From an uncultured delta proteobacterium (lineage in GTDB: Bacteria; Desulfobacterota; Desulfomonilia; UBA1062), in the NCBI GenBank assembly GCA_963785235.1, contig CAWAUM010000001.1, positions 448,001 through 512,000 on the forward strand: a stretch of 64,000 bases of DNA, read 5' to 3'. The stretch's first letter is position 1; each line of letters starts with the position of its first letter. Made by a program: the position numbers and the translations under genes. Shown piece by piece: positions 42,237-53,154 of this stretch. A model generated the notes under the pieces. The model worked only from the letters and a program-made list of their open reading frames with translations, did not search any database and was not told the DNA's origin.

Positions 42237-43001
42237 ATGGAAACGATAAAGTCATGTTCTCATCGGTCCACAAATAAGCGGGTCTTCAGTATTATCACAA
42301 CAGAAGACATCTCCGGAAAGCGTATCCTTGATGTCGGCGCGGGCATGGGATTCATGTCCCAGCTTCTCGGCAGCCATGTCCAGGATAGAGGCGGTATTCC
42401 TTCTGAGGTTATTACCGCATGCGACCTCTATCCCGAGTACTTCTCCTACAAAGATATCGTTTGCAAAAAGGTTGAATTCATTAACGCACTCCCTTTTCAT
42501 GAGGGTAGTTTTGATATTGCCTATGCCATAGAGGTGATCGAGCACCTTAAAGATCCCTATGGATTTATCCAGGAGATGTTCCGAGTAGTCAGGCCGGGTG
42601 GAAAGGTCATTATTACAACACCCAACATCTTAAACCTAGCATCGCGTTTCTCGTATCTCCTGAGAGGCTTTTTTGAGCTCTTTGGCCCGCTTTCATTCGA
42701 TACACTCGATGTGAGACATCAGTGGGGCCATATCATGCCCCTTAGCGCCTATTACCTGAATCATGCAATGAGGACATGCGGGTTTGTAAAGACCGAGTTT
42801 CATATTGACCGCATCAAGCGATCTTCTCTATTCCTCTTTTTCTTTTTTCTCCCTGTGCTGAAGCTATCCGCCTTCATGTATGCACGAAGATTTCAGAGAA
42901 AGAAGCCGGAAATCTATCAAGACAACAAGCAGGAATTGAAACTCATCAACGGATGGAAACTATGCTGTTCACGCAGTGTCGTTCTGGTAGGGTATAAATG
43001 A
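42237..43001 (+). CDS. class I SAM-dependent methyltransferase
   Basis: ILDVGAGMG, LPF..SFD, EVIEHL, RPGG..IITTPN. Confidence 0.88.
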   Translation: METIKSCSHRSTNKRVFSIITTEDISGKRILDVGAGMGFMSQLLGSHVQDRGGIPSEVITACDLYPEYFSYKDIVCKKVEFINALPFHEGSFDIAYAIEVIEHLKDPYGFIQEMFRVVRPGGKVIITTPNILNLASRFSYLLRGFFELFGPLSFDTLDVRHQWGHIMPLSAYYLNHAMRTCGFVKTEFHIDRIKRSSLFLFFFFLPVLKLSAFMYARRFQRKKPEIYQDNKQELKLINGWKLCCSRSVVLVGYK

Positions 43002-43026
43002 TACAATATACGAAGGGGAGGAAGAA

Positions 43027-43902
43027 ATGAGGCCGCAAACACTCATGAAACTGGCATTCTTTACGCGCAGGTTTTCGCGATATGAGAATCCCCTTATGTA
43101 TCGTCTTGTACGAAAATTTTTAAAGATCGTTTATCCAAGCAAAGGAAGTGATTCGAATTCGATCATTGCCCCGTACAGCCAGGGATTTATTAATATTAAC
43201 ACAGGGAACATGCACGAGTATGAATTATTGTTCCACAATTTATATGAACCGGCTATTACCAGCCTTATTAAGAGGATTGTACGGCAAGGTGATGGTTGCC
43301 TTGATATTGGTGCCAATATTGGCACCTTAACGCTGGTTATGGCATATGCAGCCGGTCCTGAAGGGAAGGTGATCGCTGTTGAGCCGAATCCGGCAATAGC
43401 ATCCCGGCTCCAAAAAAATATTGACCTGAACAGGGTAACAAATTGTCAGATAATCCAAGCGGCAATCTCCAATAAGGATGGGACAACAACACTCTTTTGC
43501 GCCCAAGACGATTCGTTTCATCAAGGTTGGTCAAGCCTCAAACCGTCAGAGAAAACACCAAACAAGATAAACATAGACCTCATGAGGGGGACGGCACTGA
43601 ATGAAAAGATAGGCAAGGGCCCGCTGACCTTTGTGAAAATAGATGTAGAGGGGCACGATTTTATTGTACTTCAGGAGCTGCATGATCTGATCTCATTCCA
43701 TAGACCTCATCTGGTGCTGGAATATGTCAAAGATCTTTGGGAAAGGCATGGCAGCACCATTGACGAGGCACTCCAATTCTTCAATGATTTGAAGTACAAC
43801 GTCTACTTCATCAAGAATGACCTCATCTTCCCACGAGAAACCGGTCTGCCTGATGTATGTGATCTCTTCTGTGTGCCAAGATCAAATGAAAGGGCTTTGT
43901 AA
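43027..43902 (+). CDS. FkbM family methyltransferase
   Basis: YEP, LDIGANIG, VIAVEPNP, KIDVEGHD. Confidence 0.9.
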   Translation: MRPQTLMKLAFFTRRFSRYENPLMYRLVRKFLKIVYPSKGSDSNSIIAPYSQGFININTGNMHEYELLFHNLYEPAITSLIKRIVRQGDGCLDIGANIGTLTLVMAYAAGPEGKVIAVEPNPAIASRLQKNIDLNRVTNCQIIQAAISNKDGTTTLFCAQDDSFHQGWSSLKPSEKTPNKINIDLMRGTALNEKIGKGPLTFVKIDVEGHDFIVLQELHDLISFHRPHLVLEYVKDLWERHGSTIDEALQFFNDLKYNVYFIKNDLIFPRETGLPDVCDLFCVPRSNERAL

Positions 43903-43982
43903 ATAACTCCGTGCTGTTTTGCCGTTTGGAAATGGGTCTGGGATAATTCTTCATGCAAATCAGAAAAAGTGGTTAAGGACAA

Positions 43983-45224
43983 GTGCAGCGTATGGGAATC
44001 CTGGAGATCATAAAAAGGCCGGCTACAGTGGGGCCAAGGATAATATTACTTGAGATCGCATTCCTCATGTTTATAAGCGGATTCTTTTTTGTGAACCAGA
44101 TCAAATGGCAAAACAATGTATTCTATGCACTTATACTCATCCCCTATCTCATCATGTTCAAACGCGAGAGTTTCGCCATGCTCTGCCGGTCAAGAATCTT
44201 CTTAATGGTACTGCTCTTTGTGGGATATTCAATGGCCACTCTTCTATGGGGGGCAAGGGGGACTTACAGCGATTATATTCATATGCTTATCAAGTCTCTG
44301 TCCGTGCTGGTTTTTTATGCCCTGACCATTGAGCTGTCGCTTGCGGATGAGCGTTTCCGGGGCAGGGTATTTTTTGTTTTGTGCTGGATATCTCTCGTTG
44401 GGGCGATATTAGCCATGTATCTTATTCATTATAATTTTGTTTATCCCCCAGTAAGGCTTATGGATTTCGGAACTTTTCGAAATCCAATACAGGCAGGGAG
44501 TGTCTATGGAATGATACTCATCATCATCTACTATCAGTTTCTCTCAAAAGGATGGAGATGGTATACTCTCTTGTACATACCATTATTTGTTGCCCTGCTA
44601 ACGATCCTCTTGCTGATCCAGAGCAGGGGGCCGCTATTAGCTCTTATCATTGCATTTTTTGTGGGATCTCTTGTTGCCCGTGATTTCAAGATGCTCAGCG
44701 TTCTTACCCTTATAGCAACAGGCGTGTGGATATTGGTTTCATCCGGTGAAAGGTTTTTCTACGATCTGATTATTACACGCGGTACGTCTTACCGTTTAGA
44801 AATATTCCAGTGTGTGTATGGAATGATAATGGAGAAGATGGTATTCGGGCATGGATTGCTTATGAAATTTACGTGTACCATGTCGGATGGCTCCTTGATA
44901 TCAAGAACGCATAATCTGTTTCTTGGCGCATGGCTCTATGGGGGGCTGGTGGGTCTGGTTTTACTTGTAACATCTTGCATCAAGTCCTTATGGTATAGCG
45001 GTGTGTATCTTGTTCGCAATAAGGATTGCTTCTATCTTACAGTGCTCATCTACAGCTTCATATGTGTATCTACAGGGAATCACAACGCTATCAGCAATCC
45101 CCATCCTCTCTACTTATTCTTCTGGATGCCCCTTGGATTTCTGTCGGCAATCGAGATAACTACAAGAAATACGGGTAATCAAGACACCGCAATAGACATT
45201 GCAAAGGAATATGAAGTCATTTAA
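43983..45224 (+). CDS. O-antigen ligase/Wzy_C family membrane protein
   Basis: Multiple TM helices, NPI, QSRGPLLA, R..IF, FGHG, THN..L...GLVG. Confidence 0.82.
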   Translation: MQRMGILEIIKRPATVGPRIILLEIAFLMFISGFFFVNQIKWQNNVFYALILIPYLIMFKRESFAMLCRSRIFLMVLLFVGYSMATLLWGARGTYSDYIHMLIKSLSVLVFYALTIELSLADERFRGRVFFVLCWISLVGAILAMYLIHYNFVYPPVRLMDFGTFRNPIQAGSVYGMILIIIYYQFLSKGWRWYTLLYIPLFVALLTILLLIQSRGPLLALIIAFFVGSLVARDFKMLSVLTLIATGVWILVSSGERFFYDLIITRGTSYRLEIFQCVYGMIMEKMVFGHGLLMKFTCTMSDGSLISRTHNLFLGAWLYGGLVGLVLLVTSCIKSLWYSGVYLVRNKDCFYLTVLIYSFICVSTGNHNAISNPHPLYLFFWMPLGFLSAIEITTRNTGNQDTAIDIAKEYEVI

Positions 45225-45244
45225 CCTTAAGGCGAGAATGAAGA

Positions 45245-46201
45245 ATGTCTAGAGTATTGGTATTCGGCAAATCGCAAAGGAAGACTCGCAAGGTTCGCCA
45301 CATAGCCAGGGCATTTAAAGACCTGGGCCATGATACTCTCTGGTTGAATCCGGCTACAATTAGGCGATGGATGAGGACCTGGGCAGATGGTTACATTCTC
45401 CACAGGGTGTACTCATTTAAACCCGATATCATATTCATCTATTCCCAAGATATACCACTGCCGGTGCTGGAAAAGATCTCCTCTGAGAATACTATCAAGA
45501 TCGTACTGTTCTATGTAGACTGGAGACCTGAGATTCTGCCTACCTTGATAGAGCGGGGTAAACTAGTGGACCTTTTTCTCGTGACCTCAAAAGGGTTACT
45601 TGATGAGTATCGAAAAACAGGTATTCGCAACCCCGTTTATTTTACTGATGCATGCGATACCTATGACCATAAAAGACAGACACCCATATTGCCCATCTGG
45701 AAATCAGATGTGGCATTTATCGGTGAGGCAAGACTCAATGAATCGCGGGTGAATATAATAAGTAAGCTCAAGGAGTCCTGCACAGTGAAGGTATATGGGA
45801 ATAACTGGGAGGATTTTCACATAAGACCTACCCTGAAATCCGTAGGGCCGAGAGGGTACCGCCTTATCTGTGGTGGAGCCAAGATCGTGCTGGGCGCCGA
45901 TATAGTGAATTATGTTGATGGATACTGGTCCAATCGACTCTGGTTGACGCTTGGATGCGGGGGTTTTTTATTAACGAACTATATACGCGGGTTAGAGGAC
46001 ATTTTTGAAAACAGGGAGCATCTGGTATGGTACCATGATGAAGAGGAATGTATTTCCCTGGTAAATGAATATCTTGCCAAGCCGCATGAGCGTAAGAGAA
46101 TTGCGGATACCGGGTATAAGTATGTGCATGAGCACCATACATTTCACCACTTTGCGGGCAAAGTCCTTGCTATTTGTGATACAATACAAAAGGGAGAATA
46201 A
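45245..46201 (+). CDS. CgeB-like glycosyltransferase (Glyco_trans_1_2)
   Basis: DVAFIG, R, VYG, SNRLW..LGCGGFLLT, R.RIA..GY..V...HTF. Confidence 0.8.
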   Translation: MSRVLVFGKSQRKTRKVRHIARAFKDLGHDTLWLNPATIRRWMRTWADGYILHRVYSFKPDIIFIYSQDIPLPVLEKISSENTIKIVLFYVDWRPEILPTLIERGKLVDLFLVTSKGLLDEYRKTGIRNPVYFTDACDTYDHKRQTPILPIWKSDVAFIGEARLNESRVNIISKLKESCTVKVYGNNWEDFHIRPTLKSVGPRGYRLICGGAKIVLGADIVNYVDGYWSNRLWLTLGCGGFLLTNYIRGLEDIFENREHLVWYHDEEECISLVNEYLAKPHERKRIADTGYKYVHEHHTFHHFAGKVLAICDTIQKGE

Positions 46202-46236
46202 CAGATCGTTGGATTTGCAGTAAGCCCTATTCTGAG

Positions 46237-47037
46237 ATGAAAGGTATCCATATGGAAAATGCCTCGCGTGTGAAATTAAGCGTCATTATACCTTGTTACA
46301 ATGAAGAGAATACTATTAGAGAATGCATCGAGAGTGTCACATGGGCTGATGAAATCCTAGTGGTAGATTCCTTCAGTACTGATAAGACATTGGAAATTGC
46401 ACGGAAATATACCGACCGTATCCTGCAGCATGAATATATCAATTCAGCTGCCCAGAAGAACTGGACCATCCCCCAGGCCCTTCATGACTGGGTTTTAATC
46501 GTAGATTCGGATGAGCGGGTCACACCTGAGCTGTGTAATGAGATAACCACTCTTCTCGCCCAGGCCCCATTGAAGGACGGTTACTGGATAAGGCGGAAGA
46601 ACTTTCTCTTTGGAAAGGAGGTCAGGCATTCGGGATGGGGGGCTGACAGTGTGCTGCGCCTTTTCAGGAAAGACCTCGGCCGCTACCAGGAAAAGAGGGT
46701 TCATGCCGAGGTCGAACTTAAAAATACGGAAATGCTTGGTGGATATCTTGAGCACATCAGTGTCTCTTCACTGACAGACTGGGTGAACAAGATAAACCGC
46801 TACTCATCATGGAAGGCCCGAGATAAATATGAGCAGGGTACTATAGCTCCGATCCTCCACATGGTCCTGCGGCCTCCTGTGCGTTTCATAAAAGACTACA
46901 TCCTCAGGCTGGGTATACTTGACGGATGGAGGGGTTTTCTTATCTCAGCACTCAGTGCCTTTGCCGAACTGGTTATGGCCGCGAAGGTCGTCCAGCTAAC
47001 CTTCGAGAGTCATCAGGAAATCCCGGAATCTCGATGA
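46237..47037 (+). CDS. GT2 glycosyltransferase (WaaE/LgtF-like LPS core)
   Basis: SVIIPCYNEE, VDSFSTD.T, WVLIVDSDE, VH, KINRYS, G.LDG..G. Confidence 0.9.
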   Translation: MKGIHMENASRVKLSVIIPCYNEENTIRECIESVTWADEILVVDSFSTDKTLEIARKYTDRILQHEYINSAAQKNWTIPQALHDWVLIVDSDERVTPELCNEITTLLAQAPLKDGYWIRRKNFLFGKEVRHSGWGADSVLRLFRKDLGRYQEKRVHAEVELKNTEMLGGYLEHISVSSLTDWVNKINRYSSWKARDKYEQGTIAPILHMVLRPPVRFIKDYILRLGILDGWRGFLISALSAFAELVMAAKVVQLTFESHQEIPESR

Positions 47038-48095
47038 GAATTGTCCACATCAACCTTGAGAGGACGTGGCGGGGTGGGGAGAGGCAGGTCCTTTACCTCA
47101 TGGAGGGTCTGAGGAGGCTGGGCCATGAATGCCACTTGGTTGCACGCACAAACGATATGTTTATTTCCCGCGTAAGAGATCAGGGTTTTCCTGTTCATGT
47201 CATAAAGAAACCGTTTGTTCTTTCAGGCCATATCTTTTCGGGATTCGATGTGGTCCATGCCCATGAAACCAGGGGTTTACAGGTTGCAGCCCTTTGGAAG
47301 GCATTGAATGGCAAGCCGCTCATATTTACCCGCCGGGTGGATAATCCCCCGTCGGGAAACATCCTGACCCGCCTTGTTTACAGCAGAATAGATGCCATGG
47401 CTGCCATCTCTGAGGCCATCAGCTCTGTCATGAAGGGGTGGGGATTCCATGCTTCACGAATTAAAGTGATCTACAGTGCAATTGAAACGCAGCGATGCGT
47501 ACGGCAAGATGCCGTTGAGAAGCTTAAAAAGAGGTTCAGCTCGAAGAAGGTCGTCGGATGCGTGGCATCTCTGGAAAAACGTAAAGACCATCATACCCTT
47601 CTGAAGGCAGCGTCTGTGATCCAACGGCAAAGGGATGATGTTGTCTTCGTTCTGGTAGGGGAAGGGGACTTGAGGGCCGATCTTGAGAGGGAGGCCTCCG
47701 TGCTGGGATTAAAGAATGTCATGTTCGAGGGGTACCAGGATGACCCGTATTCATACTATAAGGTCTTTGATGTCTTTGTGATGACCTCACGGCAGGAGGG
47801 ATTGGGAAGTTCGATTCTCGATGCATTCTCCTACCGGGTTCCTGTGGTGGCGACTGCTGCGGGTGGGATACCCGAGATCGTGAAGGATCATGAGACAGGT
47901 CTTCTTGCAGAGGTAGGCAATCCCGATACGGTAGCGCTCTCGATAATGCAGATGCTGGGTGATGAGGAACTTCGTAAACGTTGCACACTCAAGGCCTATG
48001 CATTCCTTCTGGAGAGATTTACCGTGGACCGGATGGCTCAATTTTATGAACTGATGTACCAAGATGTTCTTAGATGCTTTTCAACTTTAACTTGA
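47034..48095 (+). CDS. GT4 glycosyltransferase
   Basis: WRGGERQ, RKDH, EGLGSSILDA, PVVAT.AGGIPE. ATGA overlap with the GT2 gene. Confidence 0.9.
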   Translation: MRIVHINLERTWRGGERQVLYLMEGLRRLGHECHLVARTNDMFISRVRDQGFPVHVIKKPFVLSGHIFSGFDVVHAHETRGLQVAALWKALNGKPLIFTRRVDNPPSGNILTRLVYSRIDAMAAISEAISSVMKGWGFHASRIKVIYSAIETQRCVRQDAVEKLKKRFSSKKVVGCVASLEKRKDHHTLLKAASVIQRQRDDVVFVLVGEGDLRADLEREASVLGLKNVMFEGYQDDPYSYYKVFDVFVMTSRQEGLGSSILDAFSYRVPVVATAAGGIPEIVKDHETGLLAEVGNPDTVALSIMQMLGDEELRKRCTLKAYAFLLERFTVDRMAQFYELMYQDVLRCFSTLT

Positions 48096-48147
48096 CGTAC
48101 AAGCTTAACTTGCATAGTCATTTTATGAGAGATCCTATGGAGGTGCA

Positions 48148-48618
48148 TTGATGGAGGAGGAAAAGAGTCACACACGGGCAATTGTGGTTACCCTCCTTTT
48201 TATTTTTTTAGTCGGATTGTTCGCAGGGTATTACTTCTGGGGCTACCGGAAGCAGCTGCATCCTGATTACAAAGAAATGCTCAAGCAGACCATCTCCTAC
48301 ATTTCCACCCTGGAAGAAAAGAACCAGGAGCTCTCAAGCAAGCTCAGTACCCTGGAAAATGATATCGCCTCCTTGAAGAAACAGCAGGGTGTCCCTGAAG
48401 AAAGCCAGATGGCGCGCCTCAATGAAAGGCTGTCAGTCTTGGAAAAGGAGAATGCCGACCTCAAGACAATTGCCGGCCAGAACGAGGCCCTTGTCCAGGA
48501 AAACCAGCAATTGCGTCAAAGGGTCCAGACCCTGGTGGAACAGATGAATTCAAGGCCATCAAAGGGCGTCGGGAACGCGCCTGTCCAGCTCCCTGCCCCC
48601 CAGGGGACAGTGCCTTAA
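48148..48618 (+). CDS. membrane-anchored coiled-coil protein
   Basis: Single N-terminal TM helix followed by heptad-rich sequence, RBS GGAGG. Confidence 0.7.
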   Translation: MMEEEKSHTRAIVVTLLFIFLVGLFAGYYFWGYRKQLHPDYKEMLKQTISYISTLEEKNQELSSKLSTLENDIASLKKQQGVPEESQMARLNERLSVLEKENADLKTIAGQNEALVQENQQLRQRVQTLVEQMNSRPSKGVGNAPVQLPAPQGTVP

Positions 48619-48627
48619 GAGGCGTTA

Positions 48628-50054
48628 TCAGCCACTGATCACTTTACTGATGAATATCTTTGCCAGTTCAGGGTCGAACTGGCTCCCCATGCAGCGCACG
48701 ATCTCTTCAATAGCCTTGTCCATGGGTAGCCCGTTCCGGTAAGGTCTGTCCGAGGTCATGGCATCGTAGGAGTCGGCAAGGTTGATTATGCGTGAAAGCA
48801 GCGGGATTTCTTCACCCCCGATACCAGAGGGGTATCCTTTGCCGTCATATCGTTCATGGTGATAGCGAATGACTTCTGTCTCACGAGACATGGGCGGAAT
48901 GGGCTTTATGATATCAGCCCCGATATCGGGATGGCGCTTGATGATCATGAATTCTTCATCAGTTAGTCTGCCGGGCTTTAAGAGGATGCTGTCGGGTATA
49001 CCCACCTTACCGATATCATGGAGAGAAGCAGCTATATACAGTACATCCTTTTCATCATCGCGAGAGCTTGAGGATATTGGCCATAGAAACAGATAAGTTG
49101 GTGACCCTGGTGGAATGCTGTGATGTGTGAGGGTCTCTGGCATCGAGTATCTTGGCCATGCTGTTCAGGGTAGAGAGCATGTTTTCATACAGACCCTCAT
49201 AGAGTGCAACGTTCTCCATACGTTCGGCTGATCGGTTGAGGAGATAGAGGATCTTGCCTTCCTTTTCTTCGCCGAGCATGGAGTCCGAATGGATATCAAG
49301 GGTCCCGAACACCTGTCCCTCGATCATGAGCGGGAAGATGGTCGCGAAATTCCGCTTTGAATTTCCTGAAGAGTTGTTCGTCCTTACGATCTTACCCTCT
49401 ATCAACTCGGTGCTGATGATTCTGTCCTGCCCATTGCTTGTATCAATAAGTGTCTGGGTTTTCCGGTTTAAGGGGTAGAAGCGCACGTCGACATCTTCGA
49501 GAAGTTGCTTGGAGACATCTACAATGGCCCCCACCAGATCGCGGATCCCTTTTAAGCTGATTATCTTTTCCGAGATGGCCTGGAGAGAAGTGAGCTCCTG
49601 GTTTTTATCTTCCAGCTGGCCTGCAAGGTTGTCGATAAGGCGGTGAAGCTGCAGGGTATCGGAGAATTTTTTGTTCTCCTCAAGCAGGAGTTTTTCTCGC
49701 TTTACCTTACTGAGCAGCAGCTGGATCTGGCTCACCTTGAAGGGTTTCGAGATGAAATCCGAGGCGCCGCATTTCATGGCATCAATGGCTATCTCTAAGG
49801 ATGCATAACCCGTAATCACAATGATGGGCAGCGATATATCGCGGGTCTTTATCTTTTTAATAAGCTCGATCCCGGTCATCTTGGGCATCATGATATCGGT
49901 GAAAACGCACAGGTAAGATCCAGTATCCAGCATGGCCAAGAGCATCCAGACCATCGGCTGCAGTATCAGGATTATATCCAAGCTCTTCGATAATCTGTGA
50001 TATGGTCTCCCGTATCCCGGGATCATCGTCAACGATGAGAACCCTGTTGTACAT
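48628..50054 (-). CDS. response regulator with HD-GYP phosphodiesterase domain (2 frameshifts)
   Basis: VLIVDDD, TDIMMP, FISKPF, ARDPHTSQHS.RV, LHDIGK, HHERYDGKGYP, GSQFDP. Confidence 0.9.
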
Positions 50055-50669
50055 CAGGCTATCCTTTTCAATATCCGGCCCTTGTATTCACCGAATTCCC
50101 TTTCGGTAAGAAGGCCGTCGGTCTTGAGCCTGCCGAGATATTCAATGGCTGAAAAGGCCTTGCTCATGTCATTGGGGCCCTGCAATGCAGTCATCACCGG
50201 GGGCAGTGCCGTGTTCGGGAATTCGTCGGCCACCTCTTTTGTGAGTTTTGACTGCAAATATTCCACTTGCCTCTTGAGCTGAATAATCTCCTCCAGGAGG
50301 TCCTGCCTCTGCCTGATCCGGTTGACCACAAATCGTATCTCTTCAATGTTGAACGGCTTCTTTATATATGAGAAGGCCCCCCGATTCACCGCTTCTATGG
50401 CCGTATCCAGTGATGCATATCCGGTAATAAGGACAAATGGCGTAGTAATACCCTTGCCGTGAAGTCGCTCCAGGAGATCGAGGCCCGTAAGGCCGGGGAG
50501 CATGAGGTCGGAGATTATGATATCGAATGATTCCTTCTCTGCAATCTCAAGGAGTTCCTCTGCCTTGTGAAACCTTTTTGTCCTGAGTCCTTCCTCAGTG
50601 AGGATTTGCTCGATAAGATCGAGTATTTCGTCTTCATCGTCAACAATGGCTGCACGTGACTTTTGCCAT
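50054..50669 (-). CDS. response regulator receiver with coiled coil and SHOCT-like C-terminus (frameshift near start)
   Basis: AIVDDEDE, IISDLMLPG, ITGYA, YIKKPF. C-terminal LGRLKTDGLLTEREFGEYKGRIL. Confidence 0.8.
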
Positions 50670-50727
50670 GACTTCCCTTATCGAAAGCCGACAGGTCACA
50701 ACTTTAGAGAATTCCGGGCTTTTTCTA

Positions 50728-51716
50728 TTACTTTGTGTTGTTTGAAATGGCGCGGTTATGCTCTTGAAGTGTGCGAGAGAACACATGTGTCCCATCACCT
50801 TTTGAAACGAAGTAGAGGTATTCGGTTTTGGCGGGCCAAAGTGCGGCCTTTATGGAATCGAGGCCGGGGTTGCATATGGGGCCTGGAGGAAGACCCTCAT
50901 GCCGGTAGGTGTTGTATGGGCTTTCGCGGAGCAGATCATCCGGACCGATCTTGCCTGTGAATCCATCGATGCCGTAGACGGCACTCGGGTCGGATTGCAG
51001 GCGCATACCTCAGTATCATCCTGTTGTGAAACACGGAAGAGATCAGGGGCTTTTCCAAAGGAGCAACGGCCTCCTTCTCGATGAGCGATGCCAGGGTGAT
51101 TACCTCGAGTTTTGACATGCCAAGTACCTTTGAGCGTTGCTCCATTGCCGGGGTGTATACACTCCTGAACCTCTCGATCATCTTTGCCATGATCTCCAGA
51201 GGTGTCATATGGGGGGCCAGGTAATAGGTATCAGGGAAGAGGAATCCTTCCATGGAGGGGGCCGGCACAGCGAAAAAGTCGGTCGTTTGCTTGCTACGGG
51301 TACTTCTTACAAAGCTATCCTTGGAAAGAAGACCGGTCTTTGAAACAACTTCTCCGATCTGGTAGATGGTATAGCCTTCCGGGATAGTTATTCGGTACTT
51401 TAACGTCTTGCCTCTGAACAGGATATTCATAATATCAAGGGGAACGTGATTGCCTTCAAAAACATATGCCCCTGCCTGCATATGTTTTGCCTTGCCCGTG
51501 AGGGCGGCAATGGTTATGAAGGTGCCCGCGTTTGATATGACGCCGGTTTTCTGAAGGATCTTAGTGATCTCCCAGGCGCCCTGCCCTGGATAGGATATCA
51601 AGGCGTACAGGTTTGGGAGGGGTAATGGGTGTTGTAAGGAATGAACAGGTATGGATGAAGGCAAGGACGAAAAGACACATGAGCGCTATAACAAAGATAC
51701 GTAGACGGGTACTCAT
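50728..51716 (-). CDS. mltG: endolytic transglycosylase MltG/YceG (2 frameshifts)
   Basis: TIPEG, EGFLFPDTY, LASLIEKE, LQSDP, SPYNTY..GLPPGPICNPG, YLYFV. Confidence 0.93.
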
Positions 51717-52127
51717 GTATTCTCCGAATCCAGATAACCTTTCAGGATAATGCTCGCAGCGATCTTGTCCACAATGGATTTTCGTTTTCTGCCTTTGACA
51801 TTGATCCCAATGAGCATTTCATGGGCCTCTGAGGTTGAAAGCCTCTCATCCCAGAAGATAACGGGTATACCCAGCTGCGCCTCGATCTGTCCGCCCCAGC
51901 CGCATCACCTCCCGAGCCCTGTCTCCGATGCTTCCGTCCATATTGTAGGGCAGCCCCACTACAAGCTTTACCACCTGATAGGCATCGATAATGGCCTTAA
52001 TATCCTTGACGTGTGATCCATCGGGCTTAACCTGTATGGTTTCAATGGGAAAGGCCATAGTCCCATCCGGGTCGCTCAGGGCGACGCCGATTCGTTTACT
52101 GCCATAATCCAGGCCTAAAAAGCGCAT
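51713..52127 (-). CDS. yqgF: Holliday junction resolvase-like / pre-16S rRNA nuclease YqgF (RuvX), 1 frameshift
   Basis: LGLDYGSKRIGVALSD, VVGLP.NMDG, WDERLST, VDKIAA..IL..YLD. Confidence 0.92.
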
Positions 52128-52132
52128 GACCT

Positions 52133-53154
52133 CTAGCTGTTTACAAGGGTCTTCATGGACCGAAGCGACTCGGTGTCACCTATGCAGACGAGTACGTCAT
52201 CCACTGAGATCTTCAGTTCAGCGCTGGGATTGAAGATCATCTTGCCGGTATGATCCCTCACGGCAACCACGATAAGGCCTATGTCCTTCCTGATGGGGGC
52301 GTCCTTAAGGGTCTTGCCCACGAGACGGGAGTCTTCCCTGATCTTAAACCCTTCCATCTGGATAACGAAGTCCCCGGTCTTTTCGCCGGAGGCCAGTTCA
52401 ATGAAGTCCACCACGGTAGGTTTGAGGATGATGTTCGCCATATGGCGGCCTCCGATGAGGTAGGGAGAGACCACCTTGTTCGCCCCGGCCCTCATGAGGT
52501 TCTTTATGGAATCCTCTGTCTCGGCCCGGGCAAGCACAAAGAGATTCGGGATTGAGCTCTTTGGCTATGAGGATGATATAGACGTTGGTCATGTCGGATG
52601 ATGCAGTGGCGATAAGGCCTTTTGCGCGCTTTATTCCGCTTTTCGTAAGGATATCCTCATCGGAGGCATCGCCTAAGATATGAGGGACGCCTGTGCGTTC
52701 CAGATGCTCAATGACAACAGGGTCCTTATCGATCACGAGGAACGTCTTATTGGAGTGAAGGAGCTCCTGGCAAATAAGAGATCCGATCCTTCCGTTGCCG
52801 CAGATGATGTAATGATTGCTCATCCGCATGATTGTCTTGTCCAACCGTCGCCTCCCGAAATAACGTTGCATTTCACCCTCTACTATGAATCTGGTGAAGG
52901 ATGCAAACACGTATGCAGCAGACCCGACCCCTAAGAAGATGAGGAATATGTCAAAGACCTTGCCTGCCTCGGTCAAGGGGTTGGATCTCCTGGTAACCGA
53001 TGGTGGTGATGGTGATGAGTGTCATGAAAAAGGAATCGAGGTAGGTCCAATCCTCGATGAAATGAAATCCCAAGGTCCCGATGATGAAAACGATACAAAG
53101 GAGCGCTGCCCCGTATTTTAACCGTGTTGCCGGTTCGAAGGCCTTTACTTCCAA
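52133..53154 (-). CDS. potassium channel with RCK (TrkA-N/TrkA-C) domains, 2 frameshifts
   Basis: Pore TITTIGY, HYIICGNGRIG, GDA, RAGANKVVSP, FNPS. Confidence 0.88.
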
